From Trichoplax sp. H2 (Eukaryota): a stretch of DNA of 64,000 nt. Numbering within the stretch: position 1 is the stretch's first letter; every line of letters starts with the position of its first letter. Under the pieces are notes generated by a model, which did no database searches, had not been told where the DNA came from, and worked only from the letters and a program-made list of their open reading frames with translations. Shown piece after piece: positions 14,901 to 28,343 of this stretch. The DNA is taken from the NCBI GenBank assembly GCA_003344405.1, contig NOWV01000015.1, positions 124,001 through 188,000 of the forward strand, read 5' to 3'. The translations under genes and the position numbers were made by a program.

Positions 14901-15063
14901 GTATTTCAATAGGTCCTTAAATATTTAGTAGATAATCACTAGAATGCATTTTAAGTGGTGTGATACATTGTACTATGAATAGATTGAAACTAAAAAACTT
15001 GAAGAGAACGTTCGAAATCAGGTAAAAGGAGAAAAGTTTTTATATTACAACAAAGGATTGTAA
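11999..15063 (+). CDS. SFXN5: Sideroflexin (mitochondrial inner-membrane carrier), SFXN5-like, about 14 exons
   Basis: Spliced translation gives [111 protein letters not shown] and ends YYNKGL* (TAA 15061-15063). FVPFGTPI and NQSHNAC are SFXN5-type motifs. Confidence 0.93.
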
Positions 15064-15370
15064 ATTTCTGAGCAGATGATAGGCAAGAAAAAACGATATT
15101 GCGCCCGATACATATCGCATGTGAAGCACTTTAATTCAGCTTTACATCAATATACAGGAACACAGCAAAGGAATAAAATAACTCTTTTTATTAATCGTTT
15201 TAATTGGTAAAAATATAGTTACATTGACTTACTAATCGTATTAAGAATAAAACTGAATAGATTACGGCCACTTTAATCATGAAATATTTGGGCTAATTGA
15301 TCAGAATAAGTAGGTGGTAACGTACAGAAACAAAAAAATCATTATTTTACAATGCAAGAAAACAGTAGCG

Positions 15371-18300
15371 TTATTCTCTAGGTGTGATTAAACAACGATC
15401 GATCTTGAACGATGAAATCAACTCCTATAAGTAAATACAGAAAATCGATTAAAGTCAGGAACGTAGAGTCTGTTGAGAGCAAAATTAAAACTGGTGCAAT
15501 GACTAACCTGCCAAGTGTTGTGATCAAGCGAAATTACAGTTTGTTTCTTGTTACAATTTTCACTTTCGCTCCTATCTACTGTTTGCAACGGAACTAAGAT
15601 TAACAACAATTTAACGTTAATTATTAGTGATGACCATTGAATAATAGATTGTGTTTAATAAGCCTTAAAAGAAGGCAAAATTTGTAAGTTGCCGAAATAC
15701 CAATCTTAGGAACATTGTTTTCTACAGTTATCTTGACCTTTCCATCCTAGGGTTTAAAGTAATAGATTTAACGTATTAATCATGCTAGTAAAAACTCTTT
15801 TATCGTTTTTTATTTACTTAATGATGATCCGTAATAACTATTCAAGTTACTGGCTAAATCAGATTTAATGTAACAATGTAGTTGAAGAAGAAAATTGCCA
15901 GCTTACTCTGATTAAAAATGAAATGTGAAATAAATTTTCAACAGTCCGTCCGAAGGATGTCGGATCAATAGCAAAGTTGAAGAAATTGATCGGTTGCAGT
16001 TTATTGCCTGATGGTTGAAATCAAAGTGTAATGAATAAGGATTGATTCTAAAGTACTATTTGATATTCACAGGAACATGAACTATAGCATATCATATCTA
16101 CGGCATCAAGGTAGCAAAATTATACTAGAAAGTTGTTATAATGATACATTAATGAAGTATTTTCACCCTGGTGACAAAGATGATATAGTATGTTGTATAT
16201 TCTATGAACTTCTAGAGTAGTAGATTCTTTCTCAGTTGCATTTGGATCAACCTAATCAATTTAAGTGAACCACAAATAATAATGTCGATAAATTTCAAGC
16301 CAAAAAATTGTATTGACGCTGAAAAAATTGTCAAGTTGTGAGCTATATATTTAAGTTTACAGCCATTACATCAATTATTGTGTGTAATACTGTAATAATA
16401 TTTTAAAAAGTATCGGAAACTGCACGTAGTAAATAATGTATTCTAAATAAACAAATACAGATTAGGATATATTTTGCGAAATAGTGCTAACATTTGCAGA
16501 TTATCCATATTTTTACAGTATCATTAATAGATTGAGCCAGGTCAATGCAGTAATCTAGCATGTTTGGTATGATTTAAAATTGCAATACCTCCTTCGGTCG
16601 CACTACTGCATTCGGAATAACGGCTTCTTTACGTGATGAACGATTGCTTTGCTTTTTAACCCGAGGCTGTATTTTGGCAGGACCATACCTTTTATTATAA
16701 AGAAGATATCGAGTACTGTAAATTTACATATTACCACGTGAAATACGGTAATCTTTTAGCATAGCACAAAAGTAAATTGCAATATATTTAATTCTGTACG
16801 TTGACTTATGGCCTGCCACAGTAACAAATGCATAAAATGACTTGTTATTACACCTACATTTCTTCAACTACTGTACATACAGTAACTAGCATTTCGACCT
16901 ACATCGTATTGACAGCGGGTACACTTCGAAAACATCGAAGACATCTTCTACCAAGTTTCGCCCAATCTAAGGGCATTTCCTGACTGTCACTGACACTATG
17001 GTTAAAGTTATGAGAGGACAAGTAGGTTTTCTAAATGAAACAGATCATGAGCCAGTTTTAATATGGAGGATCATAGAACTGAAACCCTCTGTTTTAGTGC
17101 CATAGTAACAGAAAATCATCTAGAGTAAACTTGCTTCGTTTGAAAGCGAAACGGCATTTAATAACGATAATATAAATTTAGATTCGCTCAAATTCATTTA
17201 ATAGTAACACAGTGATAAGCTGCATGTAATTCATACACTATCTGCAATTACGAGTATCCTCCGATACATCGCCCATCATTAAATTACAAATTTGACTATT
17301 TTTATTGGAACGGAAACAAAGGCTAGAGTACAATGATTCAAGCATTCCTGATCGATCTAGACCTTACCAGGGCGTTAATGAAGGCATCAGTATCGAATAT
17401 GTTGCCTTCATTACTGACATTCTGGGCTTGTTTCCTGGCTATTTTGCTAGCGGCAACTAATAGCTGAGAATCCAGCACTGCCTCTCGCGTCCGATTCACT
17501 AATATTGAAATAACAATCAGAATTTAATTTAAACTACTATGGTCACAGATATTGATACTACTTTGTAAATTTAAAATTTGTATATTTTTATATTGAAGGT
17601 ACTGTACTTTTCATCAACATCAGTATCAACAAAATTGCATCTGCTTTTACATTCCGAGGTAACAAATGGTTGTTTAGGCATTAATAGCTTGACTAGAATA
17701 GCTATAGGGTAAGCTTACCTCCACGGATTAAATTGGCAGCTTTTTCTAATGTCTCCTTAATACCAGACGAACCTGGCTGGGCATACTGTTCCATATTTTC
17801 TATGTAGAATATACGCGTATAATACAATATTATGAGTCCATTTCTGCATTAATATCATTTCGCATATTATAGAAAATGGGCCATTTACAGTAGGTCACTG
17901 TCGCAAATGTCATTTTATGCAGCTTCCATTCATGCTGCACTTAATTAATTTACAAAATAGAGTACGAGAGGGAGTACACTATCCAAGATTTTAACTATCA
18001 AACTGTACAATCTAAAGTAGAGAGTGTTTTCTGACGTTGATCATTATCGAGACAACGAGAACGGATGGATTAGAGTCCAAGGGCGACCTATTCGGTAGTC
18101 GCTGGTCTACAGTCCTATACCGGATGTATCAGCAAGTCGTTTTTCATATTATATTGTCAACAGAATTACTATAGACCTTTGACGATATCACGAAATTAAA
18201 TACTATCGCAGTTTACAGGTGAAAGGAACACAGGACTTTGTAGAATCTCTTTCACCGAGGGCGGCTACACTATTTAATTTAAATTAATAAAGTTCGAACA

Positions 18301-18649
18301 GTTCAATTGACAGCAAGTAGTGCTTACTCAACTGCCAAATAGCAAGTAATATTGGACTAAGCTTTAGTCACTGCAGCTACAAGGATGCAATATCATGACT
18401 GCTTTTGCAAGTGGTTCAGTAAGTGATTGATCCTTGATCAATTCATGAAGAAAAGGCAAACACTCTTCTCTTGCCATGGATTGCCTCGACGAGCTCATCC
18501 TATCCCTGGCAACAACATTGGCAAAAGTGCAGTCCAATCATATTCTACTTACGTTCAACATGTTCGATCATACTACGATATTCCTGTCTTAACCGTCGAT
18601 ATTGTTCATCTTCGATGGAATCGTTTTGCTTTACACTCGATTCACTCAT
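15371..18649 (-). CDS. NSMCE4A: Smc5/6 complex kleisin subunit Nse4 (NSMCE4A/EID family), multi-exon
   Basis: Exon 1 18649-18553 [32 protein letters not shown]. Later exons give [39 protein letters not shown] and [27 protein letters not shown] (Nse4 C-terminal signature); last exon [17 protein letters not shown] with stop at 15371-15373. Confidence 0.9.
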
Positions 18650-19752
18650 GGTCCTTGCAATGAGGCCTTTAAGACGCCACTACCAGTCGATGGGAATGTT
18701 CACGATGCACCTTTGCTATTTCTCACACCTCCCTTCGTATTAGCGGGTGGTTTACTTTTGCCTGCGTACCACTCAGCAACTCTCTCTACCTTTCACTCTT
18801 GCAACTCACTGCAACTCTTCAGCATCAAAGACTAAACAACTACCTTTGGATTGTGGACAGTCACCCTTAGCTGCAGTAAAAGCAAAATTGGAGATACTCT
18901 TTCCGTTTCCTAAGCTGTAGTAAAAGCAAAATTGGAGATACTCTTTCGGTTCTCAGCAATAATATTGGATTTGCTGGGTATAATCAGCATGCAGGAAAAG
19001 AGGGAAAAAGTCTCAGGTCCAGCAGTCGACTGACTACCTTGTAGCTTCTCCAGTCTATGGCCTAGTCCCGTACCGATGTTAGGGACANNNNNNNNNNNNN
19101 NNNNNNNCTGCTTTTGCAAGTGGTTCAGTAAGTGATTGATCAAGGATCAATTCATGTAGAAAAGGCAAACACTCTTCTCTTGCCATGGATTGCCTCGACG
19201 AGCTCATCCTATCCCTGGCAACAACATTGGTAAAAGTGCAGTCCAATCATATTCTACTTACGTTCAACATGTTCGATCATACTACGATATTCCTGTCTTA
19301 ACCGTCGATATTGTTCATCTTCGATGGAATCGTTTTGCTTTACACTCGATTCACTCATGGTCCTTGCAATGAGGCCTTTAAGACGCCACTACCAGTCGAT
19401 GGAAATGTTCACGATGCACCTTTGCTATTTCTCACACCTTCCTTCGTATTAGCGGGTGGTTTACTTTTGCCTGCTTACCACTCAGCAACTCTCTCTACCT
19501 TTCACTCTTGCAACTCACTGCAACTCTTCAGCATCAAAGACTAAACAACTACCTTTGGATTGTGGACAGTCACCCTTAGCTGCAATAAAAGGAAAATTGG
19601 AGATACTCTTTCGGTTCTCAGCAATAATATTGGATTTGCTGGGTATAATCAGCATGCAGGAAAAGAGGGAAAAAGTCTCAGGTCCAGCAGTCGACTGACT
19701 ACCTTGTAGCTTCTCCAGTCTATGGCCTAGTCCCGTACCGATGTTAGGGACA
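18399..19752. repeat. Near-identical direct duplication (18399-19087 vs 19108-19752) around a 20-N gap, including NSMCE4 exon 1
   Basis: Both copies start ctgcttttgcaagtggttcagt and end gatgttagggaca; N run at 19088-19107; a few SNPs and indels between copies. Confidence 0.9.
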
Positions 19753-20568
19753 GCAAATTTCGCCACTTACAGTATAACGTACTGTAGAATATAGTACAAT
19801 GTACAGTGGTTTACAGTACCATACAATACTGTGGACTGTGGAGCAGTCTTGGACGGACAGACATTGTTTGCTTCATCTCGTCAAAATAATGTGCCAAACG
19901 CCTGGTTATGACACTACTTTAGTATGGTGACGATCGTAATATTACATTGCATCTTATTCGTTGTTACTAAGTTCTGCTGAAGTTCTGCTAAGAAACAGTT
20001 ACATAACATGGTAGATGTTATTGAGATGAGCACTAGAAATTGAGAAAACAAACACTTAACCCTTTTTCAATATTGACAGCCCATAAAGTTATTTGTGACA
20101 GCCTAATTTGGTAAAGAAAAGTCCGTCTGTCCGAGGGAGTGATCTGTCTGTCCAATGTCCAGGTCTTCATCTAGTAGTCCAGTCCAGAACGGTAGTCACT
20201 GCATACCTAGCTATGGGGGAAAACAGCCTCTTTCACTACGGTCTCTCACTGAAACTGTGGAGGTAAAACAAACAATGTTTCATACAAACATGGAATTCTG
20301 GAGAGAAGTTCTTCTTCTAGTAGTCCATAGTATAGAACTGAAACTGTAGAGGTCTTCAACACCCCTAATCTTAAATCGTGATTTTAGTAGTCCCATATGG
20401 CCTCAATGATATTCTTGTTATTGAGTTTATTTAGGGCCAGCACACACACACTAGTACAGTACAGTACTGTACACTGTACTGTACTGCACACTGTACACTG
20501 TGCACTGTGCAGTGCCGTACGATGAAACTGGGCATCCATCTGACTGTCTGATGAAGAGTGCTAGTCGA

Positions 20569-20581
20569 GTTGCCAGGCAAC
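20569..20581 (+). promoter_or_regulatory. RFX X-box upstream of the TEX49-like gene
   Basis: Palindromic GTTGCCAGGCAAC, with extra AGCAAC half-sites just downstream, ~300 bp upstream of ATG 20885. Confidence 0.6.
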
Positions 20582-20884
20582 AGCAACAGCAAGGCCGGCT
20601 TTAGCAACGACGCTGTTTTCGTGTACTAAATCGTCTAATTGCTAAGTCAAATCGTGGATCAATACTCGAAATGGAGCCTGTGTTTAGAACTACACACACA
20701 GACTGATGGAAGCATAAACAAGGATACCATACCAGCGTTCTAGACTGTCATTTCAATTTCAAAAGCAAAAAATTGGCCTTGCCAGGAACAGTGCTGATCT
20801 TACCTATTAATATACGATCTTTAAGGAGTAAAGAGGCGAAGAAGATTTTCCGATATATTCCACGAGATTCCAAGAAATACAACG

Positions 20885-21916
20885 ATGGCATTTTTTAACG
20901 TAACACGACTCGGTGTTCAGGATCCAGTTAAAGCTTCGTTAAGAGACGAGAAGGAAACCCAAGATATCTATGATACTAAAAAGAAAACCCTCAAGGTCGA
21001 TGTTAGTACAGAAAGAAAAACGGCCATAAAATTGGATTCCTCCGAAATTTATAAAGATAAAAGAAGGCGTCATGAAAGATCTCTTCTCGGTAATAAAGAA
21101 ATTTGTGTAATCCTACTCATAGATTGAATAGTAACAGCGCTGTAATAAATGTAGCTTCTTTAGTACTATAGTCTATCGGTCATCGGTCACTAGAAACGAA
21201 TAAAATAATAACAGAATTGAAGTAAAACATTATTAAAATGGAAATACAATTAAACATTGTGGATTACTTATTTCCATTAAATAAATAATGTTGCGTTCTA
21301 TTTTTTAAATAATTGTAAAATATTGCGTCAATACTGTCGATACTGCTATGTCCACTTGCTAGTAAACCCTCTCAGTTGGCAATACAGTCACAAATACAAA
21401 CTTGAGCGGTCAAGCACTGCTTTATTGCGCTAATCAAATAGGTTCACAACTCTTAGCGATTCCCATGTTAGAGTACAAACAAGTAATTACAAGTCTATTC
21501 GTAAATTCATTATACATAGGACCGAAAGAAGTTTATCAAACCCCAATGACGACATCGCAGGAATATGGATGGCATGATAATAATGAAAAGGAACCTTGGA
21601 TGCAATCGAAGCGCCACGTTCACGTAAACAGTGAAATGACAAAGTAAGCAATTTATATCATCAGATTTCAAACTTTCCCAAATACATTAGCAAGACGTAC
21701 ATTGAACTCTTTGTTGGGTTAAAATATTTTTTTGATGCTGTCAGTTATACTTTCTCATTAAGTTTAGATTTATGCTTATGCACTTTACTATTATCTTTTA
21801 CAAAACCAAATTAAGAGTCATTAATTGGACATTTTCTTAATATACACAATGTTGATTCTCATTTTAGGTTTGTAAAATCAATGGCTCTAACAAACAGAGA
21901 CTTTTCCTTATACTAA
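20885..21916 (+). CDS. TEX49: TEX49/SPMIP11-like axonemal microtubule inner protein (~125 aa, 3 exons)
   Basis: Exons 20885-21089, 21520-21643, 21868-21916 give MAFFNVTRLGVQDP...GPKEVYQTPMTTSQEYGW...EPWMQSKRHVHVNSEMTKFVKSMALTNRDFSLY*. The MAFF start, PW..S.RH...S.MT.F motif and FSLY end match TEX49 as I recall it. Confidence 0.8.
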
Positions 21917-24576
21917 AATGACTAGCAATATCTATCAAATTCAGTAATGTTTTAAACTATTGGATAATCCACATGCCACATACTATTTTCTCCTGCAATA
22001 ACTGGGAGAGAATCGCAATGGCGATGTATTTATCAGTAATGATAATGTAAAAAATTTTGATCGAATCATGAATTATTCAGCAAGTTTTAATTTGTAGTCT
22101 GTAATAGCGAATGTCATTTGTCGACACTATTAATTAGTGATAGATAGCGTACTTTTGCATCGTACAATGTTGTAGTCCTTCTATGAAGAGTAAAATTATT
22201 AGGCTTGTGCAATGGGTAAATTAGATACATTTAACTTAATACGATCATGTGATTGTGTCACATTGGATCACCTTTTATAATGGATAAGTTTTACCATCAT
22301 AAATGCATACTCTAATGAGAATAATATTTCAATTAATTGTATACTATGTGGATATATCGATATTGTTGATTTGAGTAAATGCGAAATTTACTGATTGTTC
22401 TGTTCCACAATTCTTTCCGAGAATAAATTAAGTCTAAATAGTATCACCTGAAATAGACTTAAAAATGATATAATAAAGCGTAATGCATTACTTTGTGTTA
22501 TTAAAATACAGCAATTTTGCAAATTGAGCTCTATTAATATTAATCTTCTTCCATCTTTCCTCCTTCACTATTATATTCACGAAGGTAACGATGTCAAGGC
22601 CTGCTAACTAGTTCATTCCGCTATTAACCGCAACAAATTACTTTAAACTACTGCAACTGATTTAGAAAGTGTTTGTTTTTAAGTTATGGTCTATGATAAA
22701 ACGCAATCCAAGATAACTAACTGACATCATCCGTAGTAAAGTAATAATAATAATGCGGTAATGCAATGATAACTTCTTTCAATAATTACTCTATAAATTT
22801 GTCACATAAATAATTTTAAATCCATATAATACCGGTACGCACACATGCCATTGTATGGCATTAAATGTTAGTTAGATACTATCAGATATCATCTTTCACA
22901 TGCTCGTAAATTATTACAATGTAATATCATTCTTTATCGATCACTTTACAGGTATTAAAATTTCGTCATCGTAATAAATCGTGGTTAAATAGTGTAATTA
23001 TCACTTAAACGAAAGCTGTAACTAAACTCTATTATTACTGTATACAATTCTGAAGCGTTTAAAGTACTAATCCAGTACTATGAAGGCTTTAAGTTGGTTT
23101 ACTATACATCTAAGCGTATAATAACAGCTCTTTTACTATATTAAGGGATTACCAGATTATGCCCATTGACAGTGGTAGCTTAATAACTATCAAGGGTGAT
23201 AACTGAGAATAATTATTCTCTATTCTCTGCTAGTGCGTACCGTATCAAATCTAAGTCAATCTATGGTTGATGATATTAGTCATACTATAAATTAAATATG
23301 GTGAATTTTAATAAAAGCTTGATTCTACTTTTATGCAAGACTTCTATTTTGAACAATATAACAATATCGTGTTCGGTAAATTGCCAATACGAAGTCAAAA
23401 GTCATTGATAGTACCATCACTCAGTTCTGGTTGAAAATTGTGCGCGGACTCATGACATTACTCTTCATGCTAATATGAGCAAATCCATAAGCTGACCAAG
23501 TTGTTTGGTAATGTCTTTTCATTTGAAGATAAGCTGATTTAGTTTCCAATTCTATGATAACTTGTAATCGTGGCCGAAAGTACTTAAAATTTGTGTTGAT
23601 ACGTGGCCATTATCGCCGATATTGATCAAGATCTAGTCAAATCTGTAGAAAGTAATGAAAATTTTTGGATTATGAGCATAAAATCGAGGAAATACCAGAA
23701 TTTTATAGGATCGCCCAATAGAAACCGACATACCTACTGATGAAATCCGTTCAAGCTTATGGGTATCTGAATACGTATGATGAAAATGATGAAATCTTAT
23801 GAATAAAGCTGCATGTCTGTTTGCCGATAGACAAGCTTTATTTATAAGGTTAACGGATTTCGAAATATTATTTATTCTGAATCTGTACCAGACGCCATTT
23901 TACTTGAAAACTTACCAATACGGAATTTTTTTAACTTTGAATGGCCTACGTGGCGCTGTTCATAGGAATGAGTAAATACAAAGGGTATGAGCCATGGTAA
24001 TCGTTGCAATCATACATTGACATGTGTACAGTTGCGATGATTGTGCAATCTGTAACTTCACACTCGAGATACTTGATTGCCCATAAGCTTTAATTTTGTT
24101 TGAATACACTTAATGCAGCTATGTATTGATTGTAGAGTAGCAAATGCAAAAACAGACTCTGCAGTTAAAATTGTTTTGGAAACTACGAGTAACTTAACTT
24201 TGAATGAGGGAACCTTTATATTTCCGGATTTAGATTAATATCATAGTAGGAGATGTCACTTGATTAAAAAATATAATATAAGCGATATAGCTACTATTTC
24301 ATCAGGCATATTTCAGGTTGCGGAATGTCTTTTAATATTCCTGCATTACGATCTTCTCGTATACGTGTATCAACATAGTACTTACCAGTTAGCATATTGT
24401 ACAAATATTAAACCTTGGTAACGAACATTTTATTACTTTTTAATTGTTATCACATGTACGGAAAGTATGCATTGATAACAAAATCGAATTTTTATGTAAG
24501 TTTTCTATAAAACAGAAAGTTGCATTTGCTTGTAATTTTTCAGAGTTTGCAATCGATAGAATTGATTAATGACATT

Positions 24577-26575
24577 CTATGCAGTATGTTTGAATACAGA
24601 AACGCGATTACCCTCTATCTTAATTTTTTTACACTTTTTAATCCACTTTTTAAACAATTCATCACGATCTAGGGCACCACTAGTTCGGGAATGATCACCA
24701 CTTTCATCTAAAATGGCAAATACCTGTACCACAATATAATATTTGTTTTATTTACTTATCGATTGTAAAAATAACCAAATAGGGAAATTGCAATACACAT
24801 TTTCTTAAAAGAAGTTTACAATTTAAATTAACTTGTAACCTTTTTCTTTAAATGTTTCATGGAAATAGAGCCCTTTTCGGTACTTTTTACAATTCGCGAT
24901 ATAGTCTTTTTCCAGTTAAATTTCTCTGTGTGAGCTATTATTATTAATAAATAGTTAGAGTGAAGTAATGAGGTGAAATCAGCCTAGGTGAAGGTATAAA
25001 GGATGAGATTCTTACCATTTGAAGAATCTCCATTTTTGTTTGTCGTCAGTGTATCAATACTGCTAGATGAAATATTTTTACTTTCAGTCTTTAATTTCTT
25101 ACGTTTCTCAGCTGAATAGGTATCATCGGAGACAGGCGAAACTTTCTTTTTCTTCCCATGCTTAGAGCTATCTTCACCGTTCTCTTTTAGTTTTCTTTTT
25201 TTCGCCTTTCTATTTTCTTTATCAGGCTCGGCAGATGTGTTGGGAACGTGGGATGAGGTCTCAACATTGCTTGAAGATTTTTCCTTTTTGACCTCTATCA
25301 AGTATCAATAATGACAGCATTAGGCACAGTATTTACAGTTAGAGATACAGTAATCCCCACGAATGATAACGACATACTTTTAGTCTTTTTTTCTTCACTT
25401 ATAGCATTAACAGGTAGTTCTTTGGGTAAGTCTACAGCTTCTTGTCTTGCTGGAGTGGTCACTTGACCTTTTTCTTGTGGTTCTGCAGAATCTGGAGTAC
25501 CATTCTAATAGATAAACGTTAAATTAGCAAAAGATATTGAATCATTACAGGATGACAAGCTTGGCAATAGACATGAATTCTTGCATACCATCGATGCAGC
25601 AAATAATTCCCAGACTTGGTTCAGTAAAGCTTCATTATAAACTTTGACACTATTCTTCATGAAATTCTACTTTAACAGAGAATATCAAAATTGGGCGTAG
25701 GTTAATTTTAGCGTGATCTGAGAGAATCGTATCGTTGTCGAATAATTATTAAGAGCCATGTAGACAAGTGTGGTATGCTGTTGCTTTCTATGATGCAGTA
25801 TAAATGCAATTGCCAGAATGGAGCTACCATTTATTACTTTCTTTATTCGCTAGGCAATAGCGTCTTTTTTATGAATGGATGCAATAGACTAGAGTATAGT
25901 TCAAATAGCGCAAAACACATCCTTCTAGCAATTTGCACTTACAATAAATTTCTTCTTCTTTCTCGGTACATTATCAAAGTTGGCAATTTTTTGTATGATT
26001 GAATTGATACGAGGATTGGTAGAATTCTTAGAGGCAGTCATCGATTGAAGGTTCTACATAAAACAACATAGTTGTCCCATGTTAGAATGAGATGCATCTT
26101 TGCACATACAGTTAGGAATCCAAGTCAGTGATAGCAAGAGCATCGCCATGATACACACAGTAAGTATGTTGCAAACAAGTCATTTTGGTGTAGTATCATT
26201 ACATCTAGGCATGATTTAGTATGCCATCCGTGTATCCAGTTCTCATCCTCGATATATATTGTAAGCCCATGCATGCATTCATTCATTCTAGAGCTGACGT
26301 AGTTCGTATCCCACATTGCAAAATACTCTTACCTTAGTCCAATCCAGCTGTTTCTTTTCACCTTTATTCACTTTATCCTTGGCTTGAAAGAGTTTCCCTT
26401 GATATTTTTCAGCTTCAGATATACATTTGGTATGATTAGTATAGCTATCACCGTAAAAACTCTGACCACAGTCCATGCAGGAAAGGGAAGAGCATCCTGA
26501 ACATTGCATTAGATGCTTTTCTACCTTGTTCTTCTTGACGCTTTCCCCACATGCATTGCATGTAAACGCTACCAT
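24577..26575 (-). CDS. LYAR: LYAR cell growth-regulating nucleolar protein (C2HC zinc fingers, Lys-rich C-terminal half)
   Basis: MVAFTCNACGESVKKNKVEKH...LSCMDCGQSF...HTKCISEAEKY; later exons give NVPRKKKKF, Lys-rich exon ~25016-25297, KFNWKKTI..ISMKHLRKK and last exon 24723-24577 ending VFKHTA*. Confidence 0.93.
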
Positions 26576-28343
26576 TTTCAACAACAATTTCCTTGTGTAA
26601 CGACTCAATCAATTGGAGACTTGTACTGCTGCAATGATCGCAAGACGTCTATCTAAATGGATCCTAGATTGAATAAGATCGCAGATTTCTGATCGTGAAG
26701 TACACCTCAGTATGGAGAGATGTCCGCGTTGCTGATGATTTAATTTTCAAACACTGCACTCATTGCTCGGTTGTCAGGTCAACGCTGACTAGGCGATACG
26801 CTCTTCATAGAGCGTCACATTGACTGCTGTATGAGTGTATTGATAGGGTGTTGGAAAGCAGGCATGGACATTTGGACACTGGACAGGCATAACTTTAGCG
26901 AGAATCAGCAGTCCTCGCTAGTCCTAGCCGCTACCGTGGTGGGACTTCTTGTTTGCTTACTCGTGATAGAGGGAATGAATCAGCGCTGTTGCTGTTTATC
27001 TGCCTCTACACAGCTATTCCTAGGTGTTATTCGTTTATTTTTGGATATACTCGTATCACTCATGAGAGGGAGTGTTTTCCATTTCTAGCAACGAGTAAGT
27101 GAAGAGTAAAGGCATGGCTCTTTTACTGCTTCATTTGTATCGGGAGGCCTATTCTTGTTCTGGTCATTCTACTATGGTGCAGAGCGGAAACCGAACATCA
27201 TATAGACCACCATGCAGGTTGCTGATATCCGAAACAAGAAAGAGACGGACAGAGGACGGTCGTTTCAAGGGACTACTCTCTGCAATCATCATGAACCGCT
27301 TGCTTTGATTTTCTTTAGTAAGATAGACGGTTTCCGGGGTAGCGTCTTTTACTAGAATGACCAGAAGAAGGATGAGGCCATTTACGATTCTTACTTATAC
27401 TGTACAGCCATGCACCAGTGCATAAGACTACTAAATTTACATCGGAGTGAATTTGGTGCATTGAAGTAGTCTATGACCATCATGATTAACCAGTGCTTTA
27501 GCTATGAGCATTATTCACGTCACCTTGATCGATTCTTCCTTAATAGGCAGTAATGCATTCTTTGAGCCGACAGTATCACTTTGTAAGACACTATTTTTCT
27601 TCTATAGAAGTTATATCAGTTCTACCGTCCGTATGGTCAGTACAGCCAGTACAGTATCCAATAGATGACTGCACCTGCGCAGCATTGCTCCACCCACCTC
27701 TTATTGTATTCCAATATAGCCGTTACATTCTATTGTTCCGATTTAAATTTCAAAAATTTTTCATTGATTAATTAACCAAATGTATATATATACAATCGAA
27801 TTTGAATGCATGCGCTCGTGCATTAAAAACTGCAATGTGAACATGAAATCGACAGTAACTGTCCATTATCGCATTTGAAAGTGGTATAGCGTATTCTTAT
27901 TGACTAGATCTTCAAGACAGTGACTGCTACAGAGTCGAAACTTGTTATTTTGATCGGGAGATATCCAGCTAGAAATTCAATCAGTAGCACTACGCCTTAT
28001 TCAAGACGATCGATAGATAGTTGGTGTGTTTCTTGTTTTTTTTGCTTGTACTGCGATTCTTATCCTTTTTCATCGAACCAAGCCAAACGTCGTTGTAAGT
28101 GTGCTTCAATGATGAATTGGGCATGTTGTTCATGCTTGTTGTACGATGTTATGCAATACAGTAATAGAATTATCGATTTTTACTAGTGCAATAGTACGTA
28201 ACCAATTAAATTAGTGGTATGTAAATTGGATCAGTGAGTATTTCGACTTGACGAAGGATATCTGCTGTCGTTCTTTTTAATCATTAACATTGGTATCTTG
28301 TTTTTTCCCTTCTACAGTATAGACGTAACGCAAGGAAGTAAAT

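Noticed and set aside
18427-19766. Duplicated short ORFs on both strands
   Set aside because: They overlap NSMCE4 exon 1, its promoter and the gap duplication; no independent coding signal
19849-20155. ~14-bp inverted match (ttggacggacagac / atctgtctgtccaa) as possible MITE ends
   Set aside because: Short, low-complexity and without a target-site duplication
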